Part shown: positions 38,300 through 53,059 of the stretch, piece by piece
How the letters are laid out: every line of letters starts with the position of its first letter
Position numbering within the stretch: position 1 is the first letter of the stretch
Source: Tubulanus polymorphus
Lineage: Eukaryota; Animalia; Nemertea
Length of the DNA stretch: 64,000 nt
Direction: 5' to 3'
NCBI RefSeq assembly: GCF_964204645.1
Contig: NC_134027.1
Location: 17,074,560 to 17,138,559 of the forward strand
Made by a program: the position numbers and the translations under genes
The notes under the pieces: model-generated
What the model was told of the DNA's origin: nothing
Seen by the model: the letters and a program-made list of their open reading frames with translations, nothing else
Database searches by the model: none

Positions 38300-38810
38300 G
38301 CCTGGATCAAACGAATTTCATATTTTAGCTATATTCATAGTCATTTAAATTACTGTTTGAACCACTCATCTTCAAGAAATCATTAAGAAAAAATTAATCA
38401 AATTACAAAAGAAGGCCATGCGCATAATAAACAACTCTCCATATAATGCCCCTTCGTCACCCCTGTTTAAGAAATATCAAGTTTTAAACTTCGATGATCT
38501 TATAAACCTTGAATTGATTAAATCAGGATACATATTCCCATCCCCCACCCTGAACATCTTTGAGCAAAATGCAGCCTATCATAATTACAATACCCGACGT
38601 AAAAATCACACTAGCCTTGCACCTCATTCCTCTTCTTTATTCCACAAATCTTTCTCAGGGAAAATACCAATAGTCTGGCAGAACAGCTGTAATGACATTA
38701 AGAACTCCCCAACCCTGATAACTCTAGTTAATAGATTTAGAAAAATTAACCTTCCATTCGTATTAACCTATTTCTATGCTGATACATCCAATCAAGCTGA
38801 TTCTCTATAA
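38300..38810 (+). mobile_element. LINE 3' fragment (L2 group, Crack/Daphne-like)
   Basis: KLQKKAMRIINNSPYNAPSSPLFKKYQVLNFDDL...HNYNTR...WQN is a typical post-RT C-terminus. Confidence 0.7.
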
Positions 38811-41049
38811 TTAATAATCACACATCATGTTCGAATCCCGACAATGCAATAATTTTATTACGTATAATTTCCTCTTTGTGATTGAAGTAAATTCTATTCA
38901 TTGAGTATACGTGGTTAAGTTTGTTTTCAAAGTTGTTATAGTTCAATTAACGCAATTATGGATCAAAACGTACAAGTAGAGCATGTGCAGACTAGTTCAT
39001 GCAACTGCCACCAGGGGACTTTGAAAGAACCATTTCTTCGGTTACGTAGCCATTTTGGTACATCAATACTTTTTACGTGGTAGCCCTTGTATGAGCTTTC
39101 AAAGACGAACCCCCCCCCCCAAAAAAAAAAAATCTGTTATATATAATTTGTGTTGACCCGGCTTTGACTTCAATCATTCCGTCATAACATTGAACGTGGT
39201 GGATCAGCCGGTGCGCGTTATTTCACAAACAAAATGGCGGCACGATTGAACAGGTTGATATTCATCATTTCTAGTGCGATTACTGATATTCAAGGCGTAT
39301 GATATAACGATTTATTGTGGCGATGTGTTCAATGATTCATCTAGTTTTGTTATCCCGTACGTAAGGTAACGTTACATCAAGATATCTGACGAAAATGTGG
39401 TTTCAAAATGCGGACATTTACTTCCGTGTTCGCCAAACGGCTGATTTACTGATATCATCGAATTTCTAGAGATGAGTCTGATATTTACACGACTGGAATA
39501 CTTGTTTTATCGTCATTAATTGAAGTTATTTTATTAACGTTCGCATTAGCGATCAGTTTTGGAGCCTGCTTATTAGTATTGCTTTGTTAACTGCGGCACA
39601 GTGATGAGCGTTCGCATTGAAAACAGTCGTGTACAGTCGCGTAGGTGATAGCGCCTTATACTCTCGTGTTCACTGCGTGTTTGTATCAGTTATAGAGTAC
39701 GCGCGCCACGGTGTAGGTCGCGCGTAACAACGATTTGTCTGAGTGAAGATGTAAGCTACATAAAGCAATCCTATCTTGAAATTATTAAAAATCATTTCAG
39801 TGGATAAACTTTGTTTCGTCAGGCACTGGCCTCATATTTGAAGAACTTGGTAGCTTCTGTCCTGATTGGTCCGTATATGATAATGAAAAACTCCCGATGA
39901 AACCCAGGCTCTCACCAAGTGTGTACCGTATCTTAAATTTCTTTCCATGTGTGAATTTTTTTAATCAAAATCCACTCAATCTGATGTTAATTAATTTAGG
40001 CGAATTTGACATATGATTTTAGATGTCCATTAAAGTGCTTTTCTAATGCCATAACCTGCGTATAACCTATAACTTTCTGAAAGCTATTAGTTATAGCTAT
40101 TAGAAATTTATGGTTTTCAAAACTTTTTGACACCAGGGTCCAAGTGGGTCCCCAAAATATGGGGTCATGTTCAGGTCATGTGCTATAAAAAGTCATGTTA
40201 TTCATTATAATGAAGCCAGAATAATGTATAAATCTAAAAGCAAATGCCTATTTTCTATTTCAATACTATCAATGTATGTGTTACTCAATCAAAATGATAA
40301 ATGTTTTCATTGGTGGGTCAGAATTTCCTAAAAAGGTCAAAGTCATCCAAGCGTGAAAATTGACACAATTTTCACAAATGTTCTACTCATGATTGCAGAT
40401 CATTCTTTCTTCCAGTATCCTCGTTATTTATTTACAATAGACCATTAGATAATTATCCCTAAAGACTTTTGAGTGGGTGATAAGTGTTTTTTTATATGTT
40501 GCTGGGCGCATTCACGAGCAACTGAGCACGTGTATCTGAGACAATGACTAATAGAGCGCTTGGCTTACATTTCTAAGCAACCAGACGCCGAGTGTAAAAT
40601 TGAGTAATCTACCAGCTAGTATTGCTTATATAGTGTATATGCACACTTGCTAAACATGCAGGCAACCAATGGAGTGCGTTGCAGGAGTTTGTTTTCTCTA
40701 ATTCACCATCTAGGGGGTGTAGAAGTCAATGGTAGTATGTTGATGCCAACCCCATCTACATTAAATGGAGTATATGTTATTGTGTTGATGCCAACGCCAA
40801 AGAGTTAACCGGTCACTCATAGTTTTAGTTGTTTTGAGTCATTCAAGGATGTATTAAAATTATGAAAATTTGTTCAGACAAAAGGCCCACTATCAATCCT
40901 TCTCGAAAGGTCAGTGATCATTAAAAGATCACACTGACTAAAAGTTCTTGTTTAATTTTCAATGAAATGAATTTGTGCATACCGGTAGGTTACGTGACAG
41001 ATTTTTTACTTTCTCACACCAGTTTGGCGAGCCACTGGCCCATTGGTCT

Positions 41050-41468
41050 TTATTAATAGATTTTTTTAATTTATCATCAAAATATAATGTTACTAAAATA
41101 TTTTTACTTAAATTTTGTTGATGTTTTTGTGATTCAAGTCTATTATAATTCCTTTTACTTGTAAATGCATTGCAACCATCGCATTTAATTTCATCTATTC
41201 TCATATTCTTTTATTGTTCTTTTCTTTCATTGTAATTTTCTGGGAGTTTCAAAATCTTTTACATTTTTAAAAATGTTTTACAGTTTTTTTCTGGTCGAGA
41301 TTTTTTTAGATTTAACAATATATCTTTTATAATAGGGACAATGATTCTTTTTTTTCAAACTCATTTTTATCATCAATTTTTTCTGTTTGATTCCTTCTAC
41401 CTCCCATTTACATAGAAAATGTGACGACCTCTCGACCTCTGGTATGAAACCCACATTTTGCAATTACT
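41050..41468 (-). mobile_element. Polinton terminal fragment
   Basis: Terminus reverse complement AGTAATTGCAAAATGTGGGTTTCATACCAGAGGTCGAG resembles the 46132 end. Zinc-finger remnant IKCDGCNAF...QKH. Confidence 0.6.
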
Positions 41469-42324
41469 GATTTAGACTTTGGTCATCCGCCATCTCTTTG
41501 CCTTTGTAGCATATGACTACCAGCAAAGATATGCCGTAGATTAACCGAAACAGACCTCATCGTTTATAAGATAAGACTTTAATTGCGTGTGGGTACTATA
41601 TAAAAAAATGTTCTGAATCCCAGTGATTGACGCTCGTAGTTACTATGCGCCAACAAGCCTCCCGGTGTTTACACTACGGCCCCAGGTCTGATAACTTGAC
41701 GAAAGAAGTCAATTGTGAATTGATTGAGCAATATTCTTATCATAATCAAAACCTGAACAACATCCAGTACAATAGAACTACAGATCTGCCTGGGTTAATT
41801 TCGCATCGACATTTTGCCCTACTTCTAGAAATCCAAAATATTATTAATAAAGGAAGGTAAAACGCATGTCCGAACTATTTCAGTCCATTTCGAATAATCA
41901 CGATGAAATCATGAAAAATTATTTGTTTAAATGTCTTTTATAAGCCTTCTTGGTGAGTTTCAAACAGTAATGCAACGGAGCCGGTTCAACTTGTGACGTC
42001 ACACGTCGGTAGCGGTGCTTGTAGTCGGTTTTCAATATACGCGATAAGCAATCGATGGATTTGCCGTTTTTCAAACAGCTCAGTACTTGTATAAATACTA
42101 TTATTAATATATATGGTATTAAATTAGTTATTCACTTAGAATATGACGGATTAAAAGGAAATAAATATAAATTCAGAACATATTTACCAGATAGATTTCA
42201 TAGATTATCTAGTGAAGATATTGAAGAATTATATTCAGGTGATTTCTATTTCATATATAAAGGTAAGAATGAAAAAGGGCATCATGATATAGATTTCGAA
42301 TAGTATAAAAATCAATTTTAACCA

Positions 42325-42545
42325 TAAAAAGTGTGAGTAAAGTGTGAGTAAAATAATTTAGATTTTTTAAACATAAAAGTGTGAGTAAAGTGCGAGTAAA
42401 ATAATTTAGATTTTTTAAACATAAAAGTGTGAGTAAAGTGTGAGTAAAATAATTTAGATTTTTTAAACATAAAAGTGTGAGTAAAAGTGAGAATTTTGAT
42501 TTTTTAAACATAAAAGTGTGAGTAAAGTGTGAGTAAAATAATTTA
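42325..42545. repeat. 48-bp tandem repeat with paired GTGTGAGT motifs
   Basis: About 4.5 copies of AAAGTGTGAGTAAAGTGTGAGTAAAATAATTTAGATTTTTTAAACATA; same motif as the 9700-10130 array. Confidence 0.9.
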
Positions 42546-42676
42546 CATTTAAAGATATAAATAATCTAGAAAATTCATTTTACGATTGGTAGAACACTAT
42601 ATCCGTGTTGACGCGATGAGGAGAGAATCCCACAATGATAATAAAAAGTCCGAAAATGAAACTTCGAGATAGTAGT

Positions 42677-42723
42677 TTATTTCAACGTTTCGACTATATC
42701 CTAATAGTCATCTTCAGGAATAA
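42677..42723 (-). ncRNA. Minimal hammerhead ribozyme (Penelope pLTR)
   Basis: Same CTGAAGA/stem II/GAAACGTT motif as 13484-13529, with one extra base in stem I. Confidence 0.75.
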
Positions 42724-44512
42724 TGAGATACTACAGAAATTATGAGAAATATATACAATCCAGAGACAAAGAGACTAATTCAAGTAATCAGAGATGATAC
42801 AAACTAAAGGAAAATTAACGTAGAAACAGTTACACGCTAAAATAGATTAAAGGGAAGCAAACTAAGGGGTGATTATAAACAACAATAGTGAGTATAAATA
42901 TAAATGAAACTTAAAGTCAGTAGTAAAAAGAAAGACAAACTAGGGGGCACTTAAATTAAAACAAAGGTGAATACAAGTTAAGTCAGAGACGAAATTGATG
43001 AGAGAACAAATAACAAATAATCAAAGGGGAAATCAAGTGTTGAGTTTAACCAGTTTACAGAGGAATTTTGATATAAGTTTATTATGGGGTGAAAAACCAT
43101 TGTTAAGGTTTACAACGTTGTTCGAATTTTCAATAATTAATGCAGATTCCAAAATATGTCTTCTAGTTTTATCGCTGCAAGGGTAAATTAATTCAGCATT
43201 AGCAAAATCAAAATTGTGTGAAGTCTGAAAAACATGACTAGCAACTCCGCTTTCAGGTTTAAAGTTTTTTACATCTAATTTATGCTCTTTTATGCGTTGA
43301 TTAAGATTCCGACCTGTTTCTCCTATATATACTTTGTCGCAAGCTTTACAAGGTATTTTATAAATTCCACAGTTTAGGGATTCGGTTTTCGGTTTGTTAT
43401 TAATCAATATGTTACTAAGTTTATTATTGTATTTAAAGATAAGTTGTTTATTTAGTGACCGAAGAGAAACTTTAGAATTCTCGAGGAAAGGTACATACGG
43501 TACAATGATAGGCTGTTTATCGGTAGCCAACGTAGGAGTTCTAAGGTTGTTATTTCTAAAATGCGTAGTACGAGCTTTAAGTAGAGCTTTTTTCAATAGG
43601 AAATCGGGGTAGGCAAGTTTTTTAGAGATTGGTTAATATGGTGAATTTCATCGGGTAGAAATGAGGGGTCGCAAATTCTCAAAGCGCGAAGAAATAATCC
43701 TTGAGCTAAACCGAGTTTAATATCCGGAGAAGTAAAAGAGAAGTAATGGAGGTAGGATTCAGCGTTGGTAGGTTTCCTATAAACCGCGAATTTCAAAAAG
43801 GATCCACAGTTAAAAATCAAAACATCCAGAAAAGGTATTTTACTATTAGATTCCCATTCATACGTAAAAGCCAGAGACGGGTAAAGGGAGTTTAAATATA
43901 TAAGAAAGTTATCAACATTGAAGTCAAAGGGAACCAAAGCCAGAACATCGTCAACATATCTGAGCCAGATTTTAGGGTGAATATCAGTGTAAAGAAGCAA
44001 TATTTCAGATTCAACATGTTCTAGGAATAAATTAGCTAAAATAGGACTAAGAGGATTTCCCATAGCGATACCGAATGTCTGTTCGTAAAAATCGTTGTTG
44101 AATTCAAAAAAGGAGTCCGTCGTACAAATAGAGATAAGGTCGATGATACAATCCGTAGGAATGCCGAAGTTAATGTTAAGTGATGGTAATCTGCGTTTTA
44201 AGAAATCAAGAGTAGGTCCAAGAGGAACATTGGTGATATAAAAATGATATAAATTTGTCGTTGCCAGGGATAATATTCTTAATACGTTCAAGTAAGTGTT
44301 GATTATGGCGAAGGTGCGACGGAGAGAACGAACCGAGCACCGGAGATAACTGTTTCGCGAGAAATTTAGATAACCGGTATGTAGGAGAATTACAATTGGA
44401 GACTTACTGTTTCTACGTTAATTTTCCTTTAGTTTGTATCATCTCTGATTACTTGAATTAGTCTCTTTGTCTCTGGATTGTATATATTTCTCATAATTTC
44501 TGTAGTATCTCA

Positions 44513-44559
44513 TTATTCCTGAAGATGACTATTAGGATATAGTCGAAACGTTGAAATAA
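44513..44559 (+). ncRNA. Minimal hammerhead ribozyme (inverted Penelope pLTR)
   Basis: TTATTCCTGAAGATGACTATTAGGATATAGTCGAAACGTTGAAATAA on the + strand. Confidence 0.75.
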
Positions 44560-46536
44560 ACTACTATCTCGAAGTTTCATTTTCGAACTTTTTATTATCA
44601 TTGTGGGATTCTCTCCTCAATTCATTTTAATAAAAGTTCTTTTTATAAAAAAATAAAGACAGAAGAAGAAGCACCTAAATTCAAAATCGAAATAAACGAA
44701 ACTAATAACATATTTTCATTATTTAACTTTAAAAATCATATCTCAGCTACAAATTTATTGTATGAGAGACATTATAAAATCGGTAATTAATCAAATATTA
44801 TCAAATGAAAAATATTTAATTACTGAAGTAGTAGGTACTTTTGATAATGGTGCTAAAAATCCTAAAATATTTAATATAGTTTTAAATTATAAAGGTAATT
44901 TAGATGAAAACATAATAAATGTTCTTGAAACTTCTTTCAATGAAAGAAATGATGATTTAATACTTTCTAAAGTTTACAATGATATAATTAACTTAAAAAT
45001 TGAAAAACGACAATTATATATTTTTTCAATTTTGATAATAAACAAATAAAGTTTATAACGAAAGTTCATCAAATATTGGAATTCAATGTGAATTAGATAA
45101 TAATAATTCTTATAAAGATATTGGAATTCAATGTGAATTAGATAATGAATTCAAAAAATTTAATCCTAATGAAAAAGTGTATTGTTATTGTGAAGGTAAA
45201 TATTTAAAATCACATGAATCAAAACATTATCAAACAATTAAACATATCAAATATGAAAAGAATTATAATTCTATATTGAAATAAGATTAAGCTGTATGTT
45301 TCAAATATATATTAGTTAAAACATTGTGAAATTACTTAATGAATAACTGTTTAATTGTTATTTGATATAATAATTTTTAAGTTTAATATTTCAAAAATAG
45401 TTATAAAATATTAAATCAAAAACTAGTAAATATTTTTTAATTTTTATTTCTTTAATAAATGAATGATTTCTTCCCAACCGGAAGTAGTGACTTGAAACAT
45501 TATTTAGTTGCTGGAGGTTTAATATCGGCTGCGTTGTACTTTTATTATGAAAATATCAGTAAGGATTGAATGAATGAAAATATGAAATTGAGTAAGAAAT
45601 TAAAGAAATTGAATGGAAATCATAAAATAAAAATAATAAAAAAGTTCATTTAGAAAATGATTTAGAGGATTAAGACAGCATCTTTTAATTTAATTTATCT
45701 TATATATTTTAACTATAAAAATGAGTGAAAATATATTAAATTTATTACATCTTATTTACAAAAATCAAGAGCGCATTAAGTTGATTATAATGCTTTCAGG
45801 ATTAGTTTCTTTTTCAATTTACTCATTAAAACAGTTATTAGATATCTTTGATAACTGTAAAATTAAATATATAGAACTAAACGATAATATCAATTATATT
45901 TCAGATAGTTTGAATAATATATATATTATTAATGAATATGATATCCATTTATATATGTTATTCATTTATATGTCATTCGTATATATGGAATTAGAATAAT
46001 TGTATAAATTGGCTTTCATATCAGAGGTTGAGAGGGTGAGTGAATAAACAGTAAAAAATAAATTCGAGCGTGCGAGAATTTATTTTTTATTTTTTATGAG
46101 CTCTGGTATGAAAGCCTATTTATACAATTACTCAGCTCTACGGCAACTAATGAACAACTATAATCAATATTTTTTGTTCTAATTCTTTACTATCACCATT
46201 TTAACAAATGAAAACTTAAAGTAACATTTCGATGGAGGTGATACAGAGTTGAGCTATGATTATATATAATCACCAGTGCATGTTCTCTTCAGTTTTAAAT
46301 AGACCTCTAGAGTAGCCGGTACTCCTATAGCTGACCATATTTAGTTACGCAGTACAGTATGAGTACTGAGTCATGTAGTTTACCTCGGCAGTTACTAACC
46401 ATCAGGCTCCGGGGAGAGACCTAACACCAAGTCTCTCCTCGCAAATAATCAGTCAAATGAAATAAGAGTATATAGGAACCAAAACGGAATACCTATGGGT
46501 TGTTTCTCTCGGAGATGGCATCGGATTATTAATATC

Positions 46537-46645
<109 letters not shown>

Positions 46646-48358
46646 GTTGGGCGTAAAGCCTAACTTTACGTCAGTTAGTTAAGCGTAAAACCCATCCATA
46701 TATCAGAGGTATGTTAGTTACCCATCAGATCAGCCGCTCCAGTGATTATGATAAGGCAACGCAAAGAAATACCCTAGCTTATCATCAGATTATTTTCTGG
46801 AAAGTAACAAGGGCGGGCGAATTTTATCTTTTTTGCTTTTTTGTAATAAGAAAGTAGAAAAAAATATAGCTGCTAAGCAGCGATGACGGGTTTTCTACAA
46901 AGCCATTCGGAATAATGTGAATTTTAGTAAATTGAAATACCGAAACATAGAATAAAATGCATTGGCAGATTCGAACCTAATATGCAACCACTGTGTAAAC
47001 GTCAAATATGATTCAGCTTTGAAACCGAACATACGCGGACGTACAATCAACAAATATGAATTTATTTGACCAGGCATTTATTTTGACATTCAAACATTTT
47101 GATACTGTATTATCACCATGCTTTAAAATGGATCTGTCCTATTAAGAACTCATCTTAAGCACCCGCTGAGTCGATAGATTGAGTGAATTTACACATAAAA
47201 ACGTATTATGATTTGGAATAGATTTAAGAAGTTAATCTTTTTATTGAAATATTTGAATAAATACATTTATTGTAGTGTAGATTCAATCAATAAATTATGA
47301 ATTGATTTGGTCTGGGTTTCCGGCTGATGTTGATTTTGGCTTTTATGGATTACAAATTCTATAGTGATAAACCATTTATACCTGCAACATGTGTGCAAAT
47401 CAAACCTATTCCACTAGTTGCGAGTGTTTCCTAATAAACGGGAGAGTCACTGTTGATCTTACTTATTAGAAAAATAATGTTCATTTAGTTATAGAAATTC
47501 ATTGCCTTTTTGAAAATTCTATAATTATATTTGTTCTGTCCAAATTTTTATTACTGTATGAACCAATGATATCCTTTGTAAATATGATGTAATAAAATAA
47601 ATTTGAATTTGAATTAAATTTGAATATGAGAATCAAGTATAACTTGTGTTTGTTCAAATAACTTGTCTTACTTGTCTCTTGTTAACAGTTTCAGAGTTTC
47701 AATTACAATCAAATCCAAATTGGCTAAAAAGTACATAGGACTAAATGAAACTCTTAGTCACTGCAAACCTACTCCTACTACGTCGATTGTGTTCAATCAC
47801 TTTGCTTGAGTTGAAGGTGTCAGATCTTCTATGGTGCAGCATCGCTCGAAGAGAGATATCTTGGTGTTGACTGTCCCTGACCATTTAACTTAATGTGTTT
47901 ATTGTACATTGGAATCAGCATCATACCCATTTGAATGGCAAAATATTCATACAACATGAAAACCTACAGTACACGTATACAGTAATCAAACTTTCACCGA
48001 TGTTGCGTGTGAATACTTCACTGTATTGTATTAAAAATAGGCTTTTCTAGTGAATTAGTGCACTTACCTTTGAAATTGATTGTGGAGAAGAGAGGGAATA
48101 ATTCGATAGCTCTTCCTCAAAAAGAAGAGAGAAATGTCGGAAGAAAACACAACATAGCTACTAATTGAACGGGGCCAAATTTCCGATGTTTACGGCTCGA
48201 CAGTGCTTTTATAACGTGGATTTATCAAAATTCCCATGCAGTAACTGGAGGTTGAAGTGAGCTGAAGGATATCATACGGATTGTATCGGCAACAGCGGTA
48301 AGGTAGGGAGGCCTTTGCACTTTTAACAAAAACTGAGTGGGAAAGGGAAAAAAATTAT

Positions 48359-50235
48359 AAATATAGGTGCAAAGCAGCGATAACGGTTTTCTGCCTTGCT
48401 GGATACAATGTCGTACAAGGGTGCGGGCAAACATTTCACCGAAAGGAGCGCCACCTAGGGGTCAACTTATGACATGGATATGTTGACCCACAAGGGCTAC
48501 TACGCGCAAAGTACTTATGTACCAAGTTTAGAGGAAATCGAGAATAGCGAAGATATAGTATTTTTACCATTTCCTAGTGGCAGTTGGATGAACTAATTTT
48601 GGCGGTTTGCATACTATACTTATGTATATGTACTCACGCCAGCTTTTTAGGTCTATCATAAAATGACTGAATTACACGTAAGGAAACGGATGTTAGAATG
48701 AGTTTTCGAAATGTACCCCCCCCTACTGGTTAGAATAGGAACTTATTATGTGAGGGGTTCGTTGTATCTCATATCCAGGTATACGTGTATCAATTTTCAT
48801 AGAAATCCCTTTATCCGTTTAGTAGATATGAATAAAAATGTATTTCCAGCAAAATGTAGGTGGCGCTCCTGGAGAACCATGTAAGTTACCAACTTAAACC
48901 ATACATCAATACAAGTATCTTGAAAAGGGCTACTAACCGCAAATTGCAACCTCGATTCTATCGCCAACGGTTAAGGACCTAGGAGCAAAAATCGTTGTTT
49001 TCACAGTCCCCTGGTGGCAGTTGTATGAACTATTTATGCAGTATGGTATATTACACACATGTCTTTGTACTTATACCAAGTTTTGTGATTTTCACAATAA
49101 ACAGACCGCATAAAATGCGATAAATGGATGCTGAAATCGATTTTTCAAAATCTACGCCTCCTAGTGGTTAAAATGGGAACTAATCATATAATGGGTTCGT
49201 TTCGTTTAGTTACCAGGTACATGTGTATCAATTTCTATAGAAATCCATTGATACCCTTAGTCGAAATAGATGAAAATGCGCATTTCAGCATATTATAGGT
49301 GGCGCTACTGGAGAACCATAATAGTTATACCATACATGAATAAAAGCGTCTTCGCAAGGGCTACTGATCACTCGTTGCAACCACAATTCTATCTCCAACG
49401 GTTAAGGAGCTAGGAGCAAAATTCTTATTAAACAATTTGGGGGCCCATTTTCGAGCCCGTAGAGCCCAAACGGTTAATTGCAGATAGGGCGTGCCATTGA
49501 CTTTTTTAACCTCCGGGCTGTTATGAACAACTTTCGTGCTCGCCTGAAGCTGAAAAGTCAAAGACAAAAAATTTTCTCAGACATTAACTTTTCGATGTCA
49601 AAATTTTCAAATGTAAAACACCCCCTGGTGGGTGAACGGGGTCCCCAATCAAAGATCCCTTCGACTTACCTCAAGGTACCTGTGTTCCGTACATCTCACG
49701 TAAGTTTCAAGTAAATCTGTTGAGCAATATTCTACTTACTAGCGGAATTCGAAGAATTAAAGCCTATATATGATGCTCTAACTTGTGTTGCCGAAGCTAT
49801 ATATGATGCTCTTTAACATACGGCACAAACAAGGCCATAAAAATTCCTCAGTTGCGTTCAGTCGAGCAATGTCCTAATTCAACAATCGATTCGTAGAAGG
49901 AAGAGATAAAAATATCACTACTGCTTACGTGTTTACTACAGATCTAGAACAACACAGCTCTATCGATATAAGGACACAGACACAAACACACGTATTTAGG
50001 AGCCGCTGTGGGAATGACACGTAGGCAATACACATACGTAGATGGATACTGTTTGAATCGGGCTTAAATTTCGATGTTAAGAGGCTCACAGTGAGTAAAC
50101 AGTGCATTTCTGATTAATATTATATACAGTATTTGTCAATGCAGCGTAGTACTTGTGATACCGAATGGTTTCACCGACAGTGAAAGTAAGTTGCAGTTGT
50201 TTATATCCTTTCAGTAAGATCCAGTGTGAAAAAGA

Positions 50236-50281
<46 letters not shown>

Positions 50282-50341
50282 CAGCAGTAATGCAATAGGG
50301 TTTCTGCGAAGGCAGCAGAAACCCTAATAATAATAATAATG

Positions 50342-50393
<52 letters not shown>

Positions 50394-52460
50394 TAGCTGC
50401 AAAGCAGCGATAACGGGTTTCTGCCTTGCCGGGTTAGATACCGGACTAGGAAGGTTGCAAAAGATTTCACTGAAATCAGTTCATTACGTACCAATATCTG
50501 TGAAGAAGCGCCACCTAGGGGTCATCCTGTATCATGGGTTAGCCCATATCATGGATATGTTGACCCATGGCTCTTAAGTGCAAAGTAATGATGTACCAAG
50601 TTTAGGGAAAATAACTTGGTGATACAGGTGAGAATAGGTGATACAGTGTTCTACCATTCCCTCGTAGCAAAGTACCTGTGTATCAATTTTCATAGAAATT
50701 CCTCCATCCGATAAGTAGATATCAATGAAAATGCATTTCCAACAATTTGTAGGTGGCGCTACTGGAGCACCATATGAGTTACCTACTTAAACCATACATC
50801 AATACAAGTGTCTTGTAAAGGGCTACTAACCACACATTTCAACCTCGATTCTATGACCAACGGTTTAGGACCTAGGAGCAAAAATCGTTGTTTTCACAGT
50901 CCCCTGGGGGCAGTTGTATGAACTAATCATGCAGGTTGGCATATTACACACGTGTCTTTGTACTTATACCAAGTTTTGTGATTTTCATAATAAACAGACC
51001 GCATTACATACGAAAAATGGATGCCTAAATCGATTTTTCAAAATGTACGCCCCCTAGTGGTTAAAATAGGAACTAATCATGTGGGAGGTTCGTTGCATTT
51101 AGTAACCAGGTACATGTGTATCAATTCTTATAGAAATCCATTGATACCGTTAGTCGATATAGATGAAAATGTGTTTTCCAGCCTCTTATAAGTTGCGCTA
51201 CTGGAGAACCATATGAGTTACATAGTTATACCATATATCAATACAAGCATCTTGTCAAGGGCTACTGATCACTCGTTGCAACCACGGTTATATCTACAAC
51301 GGTTAAGGAGCTAGCAGCAAAAATCTCTTTGAAAAATTTGGGGTCCCATTTACGAGCCCGTAGAGCCCAAACGGTTAATCGCAGATGGGGCGTGCCACTG
51401 ACTTTTTTAGCCTCCAGGCTGTCATGAACAACTTTCGTGCACGGCCGAACCTGAAAACTCAAAGACAAAAATTTTTCTCACAGTAACTTTTCCATGTCAG
51501 AATTTTCAAAAGTAAAACGCCCCCTGGTGGGTGAACGGGGTCCTCAATCAAAGAGCCATTATACTTACCTCAAGGTACCTGTGTTCCGTACATCTCACGT
51601 AAGTTTCAAGTAAATCCGTCAAGGAATATTGTAATGCTAACAGAATATAGCCATCCAGGCTCTCGCGTATAGATACCGTAGCTGCATTCATTAGCTCTAT
51701 CCAGGGAAGTTACTGCAAGGATGCTATTGCTTGTATATGTGGCACAAAAATTCCTCAGTTGCGTTCACTCGAGACTGACCCCATTCAGTGAGCCACATAT
51801 ATAAAGATACTAAAAAAAAACTACAGATCTAGTACACACGCTCTATCTCTGCTTATAGGGACACTGACACAAACAGACGCACTGACGTGCTGTGGGAATG
51901 ACACGTAGGCAATACACATACGTAGATGGATACTGTTTGAATCGGGCTTAAATTTCGATGTTTAGAGGCTTACAGTGAGTAAAAAATGGAATTCTGATTA
52001 ATATCACGTACAGTATTTGTCAATGTAGCGTAGTACTTGTGATACAGAATGGTTTCACCGACAGTGAAAGTAAGTTGCAGTTGTTTATATCCTTTCAGTA
52101 AGATCCAGTGTGAAAAAGAATATAATAATAATAATAATAATAATCAGCAGGAATACAATAGGGTTTCTGCGAAGGCAGCAGAAACCCTAATAATAATAAT
52201 AATCAGCAGGAATACAATAGGGTTTCTGCGAAGGCAGCAGAAACCCTAAATATAGCTGCAAGCAGCGATAACGGGTTTCTGCCTTTCTGGATTGAATGTC
52301 GTTCAGGGATGCGAGCAAAGATTTCACCCTAAATCAGTTCGTTACATTCCGTTTTTTTGAAAGAGTGCCACCTAGGGGTCAACTCACAACATGGATATGT
52401 TGACCCACATGTGCTACTACGCGCAAAGTACTAATGTGCCCGGTTTTGGGGGAAATAACA
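48359..52460 (-). mobile_element. Head-to-tail Helentron-associated (HINE/DINE-like) non-autonomous elements
   Basis: Two diverged ~1.9-kb units (48359-50327, 50388-52190) and a third partial one. Each has hairpin TAGGGTTTCTGC...GCAGAAACCCTA plus (AAT)n at one end and stem-loop GCTGCAAAGCAGC plus sub-TIR GGGTTTCTGC at the other, with internal ~420-bp repeats. Confidence 0.75.
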
Positions 52461-53059
52461 GTGACAGTTTAAGCGCATATTCGGTTATTATTAGTTCCAA
52501 AAAAAGTCCACTAGATAAGAAAACCGAATTTGGCCCAAAGCACAAATTTGGCCTATAGGGTAAACTATGCAGGAGGGAAGGCCTTATAGAGTTACTATTA
52601 GTAGAGGAGTGACAAGTCAGTCTGACAAGTCAAGCGATCAGATGGGGACTGCAATTCACACATGAAATTGACGTCCAATAACCATTATAAAAACATTATC
52701 ACGAACGGTACCATCACTCCCCATTACTGACTGTGACTGGTCTCTGGATAGCAATCATTCTTTATCGGTGCCATTATGAGAATGCCGGTTTGCTAGCGTA
52801 TCTATTTAACACCCGTATTGCTCGGGTGACTTTTACTACCAACGGGTGGCGCTGTGTGTAAATTTCACATAAATCAACGACTTTCGGCTATTAGCGGTAC
52901 TTAAGACCACTTGAAAACATCATAGTCAATTACGGTAGTAGTGAAAATAAAAAGTTACAGTTCGGTGTACAGCACCATAGCACCCATATAATACCACATA
53001 CATATTATTCAGACTAAGGACTTAGTTAACACTGATCTTCATTTCCATTAATTAATGAT

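Larger units (their letters stand above)
42582..44618 (-). mobile_element. Penelope-like element copy 2 (RT plus GIY-YIG) with inverted 5' pLTR
   Basis: QTFGIAMGNPLSPILANLFL, WLRYVDD, VYRKPT and GIY-YIG. 44406-44618 is the reverse complement of about 42618-42830. 10-bp TSD AATTCATTTT. One frameshift near 43620. Confidence 0.93.
42082..46132. mobile_element. Non-autonomous mini-Polinton C (~2.0 kb native) carrying a Penelope insertion
   Basis: TIR AGTA(C/A)TTGTATAAATA; exact 6-bp TSD CAGCTC (42076-42081 and 46133-46138); ORF-A/B/C homologs at 44650-45999. Confidence 0.85.

Noticed and set aside
42251-42511. 86-aa repetitive ORF
   Set aside because: Translation of the 48-bp subterminal tandem repeat.
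50211-50402. Poly-Leu/poly-Tyr ORF
   Set aside because: Translation of (AAT)n microsatellites in the Helentron-type ends.
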